Origin: Octopus sinensis
Lineage: Eukaryota
DNA: 64,000 nucleotides
Assembly (NCBI RefSeq): GCF_006345805.1
Contig: NC_043011.1
Span: forward strand, 51,472,464-51,536,463
Direction: 5' to 3'
The position numbers and the translations under genes were made by a program. Below are positions 25,829 to 40,069 of the stretch, piece by piece. The notes beneath the pieces are model-generated. The model was not told the origin of the DNA. It did not search any database and saw only the letters and a program-made list of their open reading frames with translations. Position 1 is the stretch's first letter; the number at the start of each line of letters is the position of its first letter.

Positions 25829-25864
<36 letters not shown>

Positions 25865-26668
25865 ACTATAGATACACGTGCATATATATATACAATATAT
25901 GTAGCAGACTTATGATCAATGAGTTCCAGCCATGACCATTGCATCTCTCTTTTACATTATTCTATGTCATCCTGTGTTTTTAAAAGAATAAGGGAGAGTT
26001 AGGTACTATTTCTAGCAGACTGAGTGGCAATGTGGAAACTCTTTCTCACTAGCTTGGTATACTAGTCTCTGTATATGTGTGCTTCAATATACAAGAAGCA
26101 TGGTTGAGGTAAGAAGGCACTGGACAAAACAATTCACAGGTCATGAGTTAATACTCCAACACATGTAATTTTGTTGTTTCTGAGGAGAACACAAGATGTT
26201 TGTGCAGCTGTTTCTTCTTGGACCCTTTTTTTGTTTTTACGTCTCATCAAGAAGTGTAGTTGTTGGCGAATCTTTTCAGGGTCTTTGAGATAGGATGGAG
26301 AAGGGAAAAAGCATGTCCTTAGGCAAGAGAGCTGGCCTCAAGGCTTGTAACATAGTGGATACCACTAAAGGCAATCAAGGTCCCAGGTGTTGTCATTAAG
26401 CCAGGTGATAGATGAAATTAATACAGAGTCCCTATCAAGGGGTAGATGTACCTCTGTTCTTACTCATTCACCAAAACAGTAAAAAATCTAGAACTGAAGA
26501 TATATCTTCCTGTCAACTTCTACAGATGATGGAGATAGTCATAGTTATCACAGACATACACAGTCCCTCTTCCTCAATGTGTTTATACATGCACACATAC
26601 ATATATACATACAAACATACATACACATATATACATACATACATGTATACATACATACACACATACAA

Positions 26669-26680
<12 letters not shown>
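25009..26680. repeat. Tandem duplication of a roughly 860-bp unit (probably an assembly artefact)
   Basis: Unit restarts at 25867; the copies differ mainly by single-base indels. Confidence 0.85.
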
Positions 26681-26713
<33 letters not shown>

Positions 26714-26716
26714 CAT

Positions 26717-27068
26717 ACATGCATACATACACACATATACATACATATATACATACATACAAACATACATATGTACATGCATACATATATATACATATAT
26801 ACATACATATATATACACACACATACATATATACATAAATATATACATACATATGCACACATATATACACACATATATATATACATACATATATACTTAT
26901 GCATGTATATATATATACATATATACATACACACACACATATATAATATACATACTTACATAAATATATACATACACAACACATATACATACATAAATAT
27001 ATACATACATACACCTACATACATACATAAAACATACATACATACATACATACAACACACACACACAA

Positions 27069-27109
<41 letters not shown>

Positions 27110-27719
27110 TATCTTCTTATGTACATCTAAGAATTATAAGAAAAAAACTAAAAAACGTAAGAAAAAACCAGTTATACATCAAAGAACTCAGTATATGTAA
27201 CAATGTGGAATATATGTAATTTTATTTTGAGATGTTGGTACAGTTGTAGATGTCATATTCACAGAAAAGTATCTAACTTTCTATCTACCTATCTATCTCA
27301 CTGAATACACACAAATACACAGGTATGTATACATACAAGTACACATATTATATATATATATACATACATACATATACATATACATACATACACACACACA
27401 TACATACCACATACATACATATACATAACATACATACATACATACATACATACATGATACATACATAGATACATCCATACGTAATCAAATACATACATAC
27501 ATATAATATATATCCATATATATATATATATATATATATAATACATATATATATAATATATATATACACATAGGTCAAGACTATTGAAAAGGTTGCAAGA
27601 CGTAATGAAAATTTTAAGAAAATAAAAATAAATATAAAAGGAAATTTTACCGGTAAGTGTGTTAAATTATAAAGCACAAAAAGAAAATTACTCTCCCCAG
27701 ACACAACAGTATATATATA

Positions 27720-27766
<47 letters not shown>

Positions 27767-27780
27767 TTATGTACATATAC

Positions 27781-27820
<40 letters not shown>

Positions 27821-28360
27821 TATATATATATAGACTTATGTACATATACATGTATATATATATATATATATGTATATATAATATATATGTATATGCGTGT
27901 GTGTGTATATATATATATATATAAAAACAATATACACATATATACATACATACATGATACATACATCACACCTACAAACATACATATTATATATTATATA
28001 TATATATTATATACATATATACATACATGCATACATACACACATTACATACATATAACATACATACAAACATACATATGTACATGCATCATATATATACA
28101 TATATACATACATATATATACACACACATACATATATACATAAATATATACATACATATGCACACATATATACACACATATATATATACATACATATATA
28201 CTTATGCATGTATATATTATACATATATACATACACACACACATATATAATATACATACTTACATAAATATATACATACACAACACATATACATACATAA
28301 ATATATACATACATACACATACATACATACATAAAACATACATACATACATACATACACA

Positions 28361-28411
<51 letters not shown>

Positions 28412-28805
28412 ATATCTTCTTAATGTACAGTCTAAGAATTATAAGAAAAAAACTAAAAAAGCGTAAGAAAACCAGTTATACATCAAAGAACTCAGTATAT
28501 GTAACAATGTGGAATATATTTAATTTTATTTTGAAATGTTGGTACAGTTGTAGATGTCATATTCACAGTAAAAGTATCTAACTTTCTATCTACCTATCTA
28601 TCTACATGAATACACACAAATACACAGGTATGTATACATACAAGTACACATATTTATATATATATATATACATACATACATATACATATACATACATACA
28701 CACACATACATACATACATACATACATACATACATACATACATAGATACATACATATAATACATACATACAGCCATAGATACATACATACATCATATATA
28801 TATAT

Positions 28806-28837
<32 letters not shown>

Positions 28838-29057
28838 TACACATATAGTCAAGACTATTGAAAAGGTTGCAAGACGTAATGAAAATTTTAAGAAAATAAA
28901 AATAAGATATAAAAGGAAATTTTACCGGTAAGTGTGTTAAATTATAAAGCACAAAAAGAAATTTACTCTCCCCAGACACAACAGTATATATATCTATATA
29001 TATATATGTATATATAATATATATATATATATATATTATGTAGCATATACATGTATA

Positions 29058-29101
<44 letters not shown>

Positions 29102-29116
29102 TTATGTACATATACA

Positions 29117-29164
<48 letters not shown>

Positions 29165-29260
29165 TTTATGTACATATACATGTATATAAATATATATATA
29201 TATATATAATATATATGTATATGCGTGTGTGTGTATATATATATATATAAAAACATATAT
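26717..29260. repeat. Tandem duplication of a roughly 1.3-kb unit (probably an assembly artefact)
   Basis: 26717 matches 28026, including the idiosyncratic microsatellite text. GATATCTTCTT..AGAATTATAAG blocks at about 27108 and 28410. Differences are indel-rich. Confidence 0.85.
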
Positions 29261-29438
29261 ACACTATATACTCACACACATGTTATCTATGGAAGTATGC
29301 ATTTATGCATTATATATAGGTATAAATATATACGTATATATATATATGTTTGTGAATATATATGTATATTTATATATATATATGTTTATATGTATGAATG
29401 AAGGTATTTATGCATATATATGTATATAATACATATAT

Positions 29439-29480
<42 letters not shown>

Positions 29481-30239
29481 GGCATCTATAAATATGATGA
29501 AACACACACATACACACATATATACAAAGGCAGACTGACATAACACTGATACACACAGAGATATATATATATCTGGATGTCCGAGCAGAGGAACTGTCAA
29601 TGTTATACACAGACTATAAGTACAGAGACTTCCTATAGTATTTCCCAACAGCAGACGTGTGAGTGGCACAATTGCCTCCCCTTGTGACACATGTTGCAAT
29701 TCTTCCACTCTACTGATCTACCGTCTTTGCATTGAAATCATCGCCTGAAACCGACCATTCCATATAATTAACATAGATTTCTTAATGAGACGTGCATCGG
29801 TTGCTGTTGTTGTTGTTGTTGTTGCTGCTGCTGCACCAATTCTCTTGCAGCTTCAGTCATTTGCACTTGCACTACTATGGCACCACGTTGTGCAACAGTG
29901 AAGCTGCTGTACTGGCTTTCCTTCATGATTCTTTGTAGCAGGAGTGATGAGAAGTGGATGATACCACCCAAAGAACAAACAAAAATGCGCGCACACACAC
30001 ACATACACACACAGACATGCATATATGCATATACAAGCATACACACATGCATACATGTACACATACAAAAACATACATACATTCTTTCTTTGTTTCTTTC
30101 TTTCTCTCACGCTGCTCTTAAGTTGCTGCTCTCTCTCTTTCTCTCTTTTTTCCCCCCTTATTTTCACCGAGTTTAAGATAAAGAAGAAGAAGAAAAAAAA
30201 CAAGAAGACAAAGAAAAAGAAGAAGATTAAGGGACTTAC

Positions 30240-30338
30240 CTGCTTGATGATGGCACTCTGTGCCAGTTTCGCCGGGTCTGGTTTCGTCTCTCCATTGAGA
30301 GACTCGGTTGCTGTGCCGTCATTAGAGTCTACATCCAT
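30240..30338 (-). CDS. First coding exon of an unidentified host gene (MDVDSNDGTATESLNGETKPDPAKLAQSAIIKQ)
   Basis: GCCATGG Kozak context, 33 codons, CAG|GTAAGT donor followed by a pyrimidine-rich intron. Upstream acceptor (TCTCTT..CAACAG) at 30571 with stops in all three frames, giving a 5'UTR. Confidence 0.75.
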
Positions 30339-30571
30339 GGCCAACCGTGCTCCGGAAGGGAGGAGAAGCGGATGGGGTGACGTGGTGGTTGTTTGGGGGG
30401 TGGGGGTAGATCAGGAAGTTAATGGGTTACGGGGTGTTATGGGAGGGGGTGGGGGGGTTGGCTCGCTTGGTCGGTCGGTCGGTCGGTCGGTTGATTGCTC
30501 GGTCGGTCGGCGCAGTTTTTCCAAGTGGCAACCCCCTTTTCACTTGCTTCCCATCAACTTCTCAAGTTCTT
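30339..30571 (-). promoter_or_regulatory. 5'UTR part of the first coding exon, with (GACC)n, C-runs and a 4-codon uORF (MGSK*)
   Basis: CpG-rich relative to its flanks; G-tracts on the plus strand at 30384-30462. Confidence 0.5.
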
Positions 30572-31342
30572 CTGTTGGAGTGACAAGAGAGAGAGAGAGA
30601 CACAGAGATAGAGAAAGTGCACAATCTTCAGCCACATTGGTAAGCAGTAAAAAGACAGACATGACACATAGAGAGAGAGACAAACGGGCGGACGGATGGA
30701 CAGACACATAAAGACCAAGAGACAAGAAAATGTATCGGAATGCTACTCTGGAAAAAGTATACTATCCAAAACAACAATCTATCTATCTCTCTATGTTTCT
30801 AACCATCACAGACTTTTTAAAATTTTATATATGTGTGTATATGTGGGTGCATGAGTGTGTGTAAAAAATGTCATATGTGAAAATATATACACAAATATAT
30901 ATATATATATATATATAAATGTATATATAATTATATATATATATATATAAATGTATATATAATTATATATACACGCAAAAAAAATAATATAAAGTTATTT
31001 GGATGATGACGCCGATGGTTGTGATGATGATGATATGGTGAGGATATTATTGCTATATTATTGTTATTGTATTAATTCCGGTGATGATAATGTTGTTGGG
31101 TGTTGATGATGTTGATGTTCTTCAAAAATATGAGGGTGGGTGGAGTTGGATACATTTGCTGCACTTCTAATGATTAATATTAATATTATTATTATTACTA
31201 TTTATTATTATAAGTATTATTAGTAATATTATTATTTGTTATCAATTATTATTATTATTATAAATTATTATCATTATTGATATTATTTATTATTATTATT
31301 GTTAGTGTACAAACTTTACTTCTGAAAATCTGATGTTTTTGC

Positions 31343-31383
<41 letters not shown>

Positions 31384-32026
31384 TGTTTTAAATTTTAAAA
31401 AAAATTTATGAAAATCACACCAAGAGCGATACACAAAAACAAACAACAACAACTACAATGACAATAACAACAAAGGAAGATGAAAGAAGACTGAAACTAC
31501 CCCCGAAACACCCCCGAAATAATGCATTGACTTAGCATGGATGGTATAAAGTAGGCTAATTATGAATTCAAGTGTTTAGACACAAGGTTTCTTCATGTCA
31601 GAGAAGGAGAAGAGAGGCTGCACAGGCTATTATAATATTCCAACAACAACCACCTGTCATAATAAATATGCAGTAACGCTCGCAGCCGGTGTACTCCGTA
31701 TGGTGGCTGCGCTGCAGAGCAGTGCAGGGGTGTGCAGGCAGTGCGGGATAGTGAGAAAAGAGGAGGCAAGAGGCGGAGAGAGATTCTGAGAACAAGAGAG
31801 AGAGACACAGAGAGAGAAAGGGGGAAGGAGAGAGGGAGTACAACGAATCAGAATGAGAGCCTACTGCTGCTGCTGCTGCTACTTCTATTGATGTTAGCAA
31901 TGGGAGAGAGAAGGGGAGGGAGGTAGGTGTCCAGTTTGTTTGTATTCTTTCTATTTTTTTTTTACATATATATTTTTGTTTTTCTACTTCATTCAATTTG
32001 ATTTGCTGCTGTTCTCACAGCCACCC

Positions 32027-32057
<31 letters not shown>

Positions 32058-33421
32058 TTATCTCTCTCTCTCTCCCTCTCTTAATCACTTGCTTTCTTTC
32101 TTTTTCTCATTTAATTTTTCTCTCCTCCTCTTTCTTGATATAGTTCGATAATATTGCTACCACATACGCTACTACTACTACTACTACTACAACTACTACA
32201 ACAAGGGAGTCTCTACGTGGTTGCCCGACATGCTGGAAACAGCAGCCAAACCGCCCTCAAACCACACCTTACTGTATTAAAGAAGAAACCCATTGGGCAA
32301 CGCAGTCTGGGTTACACAATTCCTGAAAAAAAAAATGATGGGATGGTCATAGCTTGAATGTCTTTTGCTCATTGGCCTGCTACAGCAGGGCTGACCTGGG
32401 GTTAAACAACAACAACACCTGCTGCTACTACTACTACTACTACAACCCCTTCCCCTAAGAAAAGCGGTGAAATTTCCCTAAATCACATCTTACTCTCAGA
32501 AACAAGGAAATGAAATATTAGATAATGTAGTTCTACACATTCTTACAAAAGTCAGGACAGTCGTGGCTGGACACTTCTTAATCATAAATGTGTCTGATTA
32601 TGTTTGACCAAGGGTTAAACAACAACAACAGCTATAACTGCTATTGACAGTTATAGCCAACAAGGAGGCTGACGGTGTTATTGTACAGCACCGGGTTTAG
32701 CTCTGATTGAGCAGATTAATGATGAAAGACTTTCCAACCATGACCACCACTTCTTTTTACTTATTTATGATAACATTATACAGTGTGTCCTTCCTTTTTC
32801 AAGACGGTAAAGTGTAATTTGAGATAGATTTTGCTGCTGTTTTTAGCAGGCAAAATGACCATGTAGAGGCTCCCTGTTTGGCTCACGAGGTTGTTGTTGT
32901 TGTTACAGCTGCTGCTGCTGTTAATACTACTGCTGCTCTTTCAGCAGTTGCCGCTGCTGTTGAGCAGAAGTTATTTCATTCCTGCTGCTGCTGCCGCTCA
33001 CATTTAGTAGTTTTTCTATCTCCTCTTCATCATTTCTATTCGGATCTTTGGTAATGTGCAAGGAACAGCATTGCTGTTCGAGAGGAACCCATACAAACCC
33101 CATGGCAACACACGTGTGGAGCAAAACAGTGCCTTTATCACTGGACCTCTCAGTGACCCTATCTCATCTTCACAAAAGTGTGATATAGATAAAGGTGGTG
33201 GTTTTTGTATAGCCTGCAGTCAGCTCTGACTGAGTGCACCTATGCAAACACTTTTTCCAGTTGAAACAATAAATGTTGTTTTGCTTTTGGATGTAGCGTC
33301 ATATCTATGACTATGCATCCTTTTTGGGCTTTTTTTCAGAAAACATGGTGAATTTAAGCTATTATTTCTGGCATGCACGCACACACACACACACACACAG
33401 CTAGATAGATAGATAGATAGG

Positions 33422-33465
<44 letters not shown>

Positions 33466-33584
33466 CAGATAGATAGATGCATGCACACACACAAAGAGCT
33501 AGATAGATAGATGCACGTGCACACACACACACAAAGAGCTAGATAGATAGATGCACACACACACACACACACACAACGAGCTTC

Positions 33585-33740
33585 TTCATGTTTCTACCAG
33601 CCAAATCCATTCACAAGGTTTTGGTTGAACTGGGATTATTGTAGAGGACACTTGCCTAAGGTACCATGCACTGGGATTGAACCCAGAGCCATGTGGTTGG
33701 AAAGCAGACTTCTTATCACACACCCATGCCTGTCACCTAT
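33585..33740 (-). mobile_element. CORE-type SINE head
   Basis: Reverse complement of the tRNA head plus CACCTTAGGCAAGTGTCC. Confidence 0.7.
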
Positions 33741-33820
33741 ACATATAATGCGCAGACACAGACAGACAGACAGACACACACACACACACACACACTCATA
33801 CATGCATGCACACAAGCACA

Positions 33821-33851
<31 letters not shown>

Positions 33852-34029
33852 GGTTCAAATATACAGAAAGCAAAAAGGCAAAGGCAGGAGTGGGAACAAT
33901 AAGCAAATATATTAGTTTGATGCTTAGGAGACTATTACTTGAAGATTTTGGCAAAAAAGAGGAGGGAGTAGCATCACATAATGTGAAGGACAACTGGAGG
34001 TTCCTATGACACAACCTGTAGAGTGCAAG

Positions 34030-36080
34030 TGACCAGATCTGTGGCTGGTGCAAAATCCCCTCTTGACCTAAGGTAATGTGGTGGTGGAACAATGTAACTG
34101 ACTGGGCCATTAGGAAAAAAAAAACAGGCATAAAAGGACTGGAAGTGCAGAGATAGCAGGGAACGGTCTCAGATTGCCAGAAGGGAAGCTAGGAGACAGG
34201 TTTACTAAGCCAAAGTGGAAGCAGAAAAGAAAAAAATTGCCAATGTTCTGCGTTGTATTTCGTATTGCAAGACAGTGTGCGAGAGAAAATTGTGATGTCA
34301 TAGGAGAGAAATGTGACCGCATGGATGATGGCTCACTTGCATTTAATGATGCTGCAAAGAGACTTGGAGATGCCACTATGAAAGGTTGCTAAATGAAGAG
34401 AACAAATGGGAGAGAGAACCTGCCAAATGTCGACCTAACAGAGGGACCAACTATTCAAATTGACTGTACCTTGTTAGATAAAGCAATTAAAGGTATGAAG
34501 ACAGGGAATGCCTCTGGCCCAACAGGAATCACTGCAGAGATTCTTAAAATATCTGGCGGTGTAGGCTATAGTCTAGTCACCTGTGTAGTCAACCAGGTGA
34601 TACATGAAGGAATCATACCCAATGAATGGTGTAGCAGCACCATAGTCAACTGCTACAATGGTAAAGGTGACACATTAAATAGGAATAACTACAGAAGTAT
34701 CAAGTTGTTGGACCAGGTGATGAAAGTCATGGAGAGGGTCATAGCCCAACTAATTAGGGAGAGAGTTAGTTTAGATGGGATGCAGTTTGGGTTTGTGCCA
34801 AGGGGAAGCACCACTGTTGCGATATTTCTGGTGAGACAGCTGCAGGAGAAATTCCTAGCCAAAGATGAACCTCTGTACTTGGGTTTTGTTGACATGGAAA
34901 GAGCCTTTAACAGGATCCTCCAACCCTTTATCTGGTGGTCAATGCACAAACTAGGGATAGATGAGTAGTTGGTGAGAGCTGTACAAGCCATGTACAGGGA
35001 TGCTGTCAGTAAGGTGAGGGTTGGCAATGAGTATAGTAAAGAATTTAGTGTAGAAGTAGGGGTTCATCAAGGATCAGTCCTCAGCTCTCTCTCATTCATC
35101 ATAGTCCTCCAGGCAATAACAGAGAAATTCAAGACAGGTTACCCTTGGGAGCTCCTCAATGCTGATGACCTTGCTCTGATAGAGGAGGAATTTCAGGTGT
35201 GGAAACAAGGTCTAGAAGTGAAGGGCCTTAGAGTCAATCTAGCAAAAACCAAAGACTTAGTAAGTAGGAAGGCAAAAAAATCATAAATCCTTTCAGGTAG
35301 ATGGCCCTGCTTGATCTGTAGAAAAGGCATAGGTAGAAACTCCATAAGATGTACCTGGTGTAGGCTATAGTCTAGTAACAGAAGAGGGGCGGCAATATCA
35401 AAGGTTAACTGGGAAGATAGTTTTCTTGTGTGGTAGATGCACAGGGGCAATAAACACCAAAGATGTACAGAAAACATTCCATCACATGCTAGGGAAAAAA
35501 ACCTAGAAGTAGTTGATAGCTTTTGGTACCTAGGTGACCAAGTCAGTAGCAGGGATGGATGCTCCGAGAGCGTAGCTGCTAGAATAAGAATAGCCTGGGC
35601 AAAGTTCAGAGAGCTCCTGCTTCTGATGGTAACAAAGGGCCTCTCATACACAACAGAGTGTAAGCACTCTGAGAGAAAAGTTGGACATAAGAAGCATCAG
35701 ATGCAAGAGAGATGATTGCACTGGTATGATGTGTTGTGTATGGATGAGGACAGCTGTGTGAAGAAGTGTCCCATCCCAACAGTGGAGGTAACCTGAGGAA
35801 GAGGTAGACCCAGGAAGACCTGGGATGAAGTGGTGAAGGATGACCTTCGAACATTGGGTCTGACAGTGGAATTGACTTTTGTAGAGATGTTGTGCTTGAG
35901 AAGACCTGGCAAGCCAAGTGAGATTATAGCCATGGCCGATGCCAGTGTCACATATCTGGTTCATGTAAAAGTACCCTTCAATTGTTGGGTAATATGCTGT
36001 GCTTGAGAAGACCTGTTGAGGCAAGGGTAAAAAGCACCATTCAAGCATGGTCAATGCTAATGCCACCTGACTGACCTCCA
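34030..36080 (+). pseudogene. 5'-truncated, degraded RTE-clade LINE reverse transcriptase
   Basis: RT motifs NYRSIKLL, QFGFVPRGSTT, FVDMERAFNRI, GVHQGSVLS, NADDLAL, a Cys-rich segment and GRPRKTWDEVV. Stops at 34390 and 34966 plus frameshifts. 3' repeats GTGCTTGAGAAGACCTG. Confidence 0.92.
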
Positions 36081-36465
36081 ATACTGTCCTGTAGTATTGG
36101 CATAAGTGGACTAACATCTTATGAGTGAAATTGGTTGAAGGGTAACTAAAGAACACCATTATACACACACACACACAGACACCACACATTTACACACACA
36201 TATAGTTGTAGTTACACAGAAAATATCCATATCAACACAACATAAAACTATTGGACTGTAGCTAATTATAACCACCAAAAATCATCTACATATGGAAACC
36301 AAAACTGTACACGTAGCTCTACTAACTGCAACTGTAACAGTCCTTCATCTGGCCTTCTAAATAGAAATTGCATTACCAGTAACTTATCTACAGCACAGCA
36401 ATAACCATAAATACTACAACACCACCTACAACCACATATACAGGGTCAACGGCTAACTAGTTCAA

Positions 36466-36694
36466 AATGCACCAACTAGTTTGACACCATCAACTTATGC
36501 ACACTTTTTGCAATCCAAATAGGAAAAAAAATTACACTTCATTATCTAAACTTATATGGAAAATGAAGTCCAAAAATATCTCATTTAGCATTAATTGGAA
36601 ACTATTGTCTCATGCACAACCATGCAAATCAAACAACAAACCTTGCCAACTCTGTACTACTGCATACTACCATATTCTTTTCTTCAAGCCCTGA
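36466..36694 (+). pseudogene. Penelope-like element C-terminal (GIY-YIG tail) fragment
   Basis: KKNYTSLSKLIWKMKSKNISFSINWKLLSHAQPCKSNNKPCQLC resembles the T.LS.YIW.LK..WKI..C.LC C-terminus of PLE ORFs. Confidence 0.7.
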
Positions 36695-36749
36695 CTACAT
36701 ACATATGTATACATATATGTGTATGAAGGTGTATATACACTTTTTTTTT

Positions 36750-36942
36750 TTTTTACTCTTTTACTTGTTTCAGTCATTTGACTGCGGCCATGCTGGAGCA
36801 CCACCTTTAGTCGAGCATATCGACCCCGGGACTTATTCTTTGTAAGCCCAGTACTTATTCTATCGGTCTCTTTTGCCATACCGCTAAGTGACGGGGACGT
36901 AAACACACCAGCAATGCTAGGGGGACAAACACAGACACACAA

Positions 36943-36973
<31 letters not shown>

Positions 36974-37146
36974 CATATATACGACAGGCTTCTTTCAGTT
37001 TCCGTCTACCAAATCCACTCACAAGGCATTGGTTGGCCTGGGGCTATAGCAGAAGACACTTGCCCAAGGTGCCACACAGTGGGACTGAACCCGCAACCAA
37101 GTGGTTGGTTAGCAAGCTACTTACCACACAGCCACTCCTGCGCCTA
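36750..37146 (-). mobile_element. Full-length CORE-type (OR2-like) SINE
   Basis: High identity to 39508-39857 (-), 40432-40813 (-), 52689-53109 (+) and 60121-60473 (+). Confidence 0.85.
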
Positions 37147-39007
37147 TATGTGTAAGGTATTTTCCTCATCTGGTGTGTGTGTTCACTGGTGTGTGTTCAT
37201 TGACTAACAAAAGCTTCACTGTTAATACAGAAGGTGTCCTTTGCTTGCAGTCGAATGTGAATGTATATCTAGGCTTCTTGATATGTCTTGATGCATGGGC
37301 ACACATACACACACACACTTGGACGTCACCAAACCCTCTTACACATTCCATTTAGTATTCTCTCCCTTTCTTCCACACACTAACATACACACACATACAA
37401 ACTTGCACATTTTTTTACTTGAATTCTCTACACACCCTTTCTCTACTCCTTTCCAACTATCTTGACAAAGAACAACTCTCCAAAACGTCAGGATATATAT
37501 TTTTTCCTTTGCTTCATAATACACTGATTTTGTAGATGTTTATTTTGCTTATTGGTTTCATTGCCTGTTTTTTTTTTTTCTTTGGCTCTGTTATCGATTG
37601 TGAATTAACATCAGTATTTGTGGTAGCTGAACTTGATGTGTGTGTGTGCACATGTGTGTATGTACACACATACATATGGAGGGAGAAGGTGGGTGGATAT
37701 TAATGGCAATAAAGATTATAAAGGAGAAGGAAGTTACTTTTTCTCTCATAATTTAAACAAAACCTTTGAAGCGGCTTTATAGAAAATTAAGACATTAGAA
37801 AATTAAGACATTAGAATTTAATGAAAGACAAGAGAAAAGAAAGAAGTAGAACATGAGAAAGAGAGAGAGGATAGGAGGGTGTTGTGTGTGTGTTTGTGTG
37901 TGTACCAAGAGGGAGGACTCTGGGAAGAGGATACAGTGGAGAACAATGGCATAATGATATCCTAACAAAACAGGCTTCCAAGTGGTTGTTAACTTATTGT
38001 CATCAGACAGGTAGAATTTCAACCTCTGGCAACAAACAGTTCCCATGGTAACTGGACTAATTAAAAATGGGCATCAAAGCTCACAGAGGTCATGTAATAA
38101 GAAAGCAGAAAGCTAATTATCAGCTTGTTGTATTGCATTTGGTAACAGTGAAGTAGGTGGTCAACTTCAAAGACATTCTGCTGACCTTAGCTACTGATTT
38201 CGGTTCAACCATCACTCACAGCTCACCTGTGGTTGAACCATTCCAATACAATGTGTCAGATCTTAATAGACTTGGGGGTCACAGTATGTAGAACTTAATA
38301 AACATCAAATAGCTTTAAGTGGGAGATCACAATGAGGGCCAGGGAGATTTTATGTTATTGTTTAGCTTTGTGTCAACCTTGATAAAACAACCCTATAATC
38401 AAAGGCATTCTAACCATGACCATCCCATTATTTTACGCATATACACAGAACCACATTACATGATGTGTTCTTTACTTATTTAAGATGATAGAGTACAATT
38501 CGATGCTACTATGACTCCTATTTCTAGCAAATAAAGCACCCATGTAGAGGCCCCTCTGTTGGCTGGGAGTGTCCATGTAGCTGTAATATTTCAACCTGCT
38601 TATAAAAAGCAGGCAAATCTCTCTAACAACCTTCTTACCAACTATCTTTAAAACAGAGACCACTTAATGGACTATTGGACAATATATATTTCTTTACTAC
38701 CCACAAGGGGCTAAACATAGAGAGGACAAACAAGGACAGACAAAGGAATTAAGTCGATTACATCGACCCCAGTGCGAAACTGGTACTTTATTTATCGACC
38801 CCGAAAGGATGAAAGGCAAAGTCGACCTCGGCGGAATTTGAACTCAGAACGTAACGACAGACAAAATACCGCTGAGCATTTCGCCCGGCACGCTAACATT
38901 TCTGCTAGCTTGCCGCCTATAGGACAATATAGGATCCCCTTAGCTACCTTCATGTCATATGCAGAATAAAGCTGCTGATCTAACTCTCTCCCTCTCTCTT
39001 TCTCTGT

Positions 39008-39041
<34 letters not shown>

Positions 39042-39909
39042 AACTACAAACATGTGCACACTTCTGATAAGCAGGCACACACATATGATATGTTATTCTA
39101 CATTTTATTAGTTTTTGCATTCCTGATTATGATTTTTATAAATTTGGCCAAGATAGGTACAGCAGTTTACTATTTGAAAGGATGTTTCTTCAATTTTGAT
39201 AGCACAAACTTCACCTCCCAGCATGTTGACCATTATTTTGGCTTTTATTTCCTGTTCGTTTTTAATCTGGTTTCCCTTCATTTCTCTATTCAGTTATTCT
39301 AACACAATTTCAAGATTATACAGATGTATACATAGCAGAAAAAAAGGGGGGGGGTGTATAAACCCAAACTTTATCTTTAGTCAGTACTCCTGCAAAAAAC
39401 CGGCTAACAGCATACAGAAATGAACAATTTTCATTAAAGGAAATCATTCATAGAAACTGAAATTCCAGGAATAATCTATTAGTTGTGGAATGTAATACAA
39501 TATATATCTTTAGTCGAGCATATCAACCCCGGGACTTGTTCTTTGTAAGCCCAGTACTTATTCTATCGTCTGTTTTGCCAAACTGCTAAGTGACGGCGAC
39601 GTAAACACACCAGCATCGGTTGTCAAGCAACGCTAGGGGGACAAACACAGACACACAAACATACACACACATATATATGTATACATATATATGACGGGCT
39701 TCTTTCAGTTTCCGTCTACCAAATCCACTCACAAAGCTTTGGTCGACCCGAGGCTATAGTAAAAGACACTTGCCCAAGGTGCCACGCAGTGGGACTGAAC
39801 CCGGAACCATGTGGTTGGTAAGCAAGCTACTTACCACAAAGCCACTCCTGCGCCTATATATTATATATATATATATATATAAAATTATATATATATATAT
39901 ATATAAAAT

Positions 39910-39941
<32 letters not shown>

Positions 39942-40069
39942 TATATATATATATATAAAATTATATATATATAAAATTAATAATGAAGAGTATAGAGCCT
40001 TATTCATTCATCTATTTTATAATTTTATACAGCATATTATAATTATATAATATACAATGATGATGATGA

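Noticed and set aside
30240-30338. Assignment as La/SSB (IIxQ-VEYYF) or p66/GATAD2 (IKQ-L..ELR.EE)
   Set aside because: The AIIKQ end is suggestive, but I found no matching next exon downstream in the window, so no gene symbol is given.
32927-33124. Protein-like minus-strand ORF (DPNRNDEEEIEKLL..QQQRQLL)
   Set aside because: Embedded in (CAG/CAA)n low-complexity sequence with no splice or start support.
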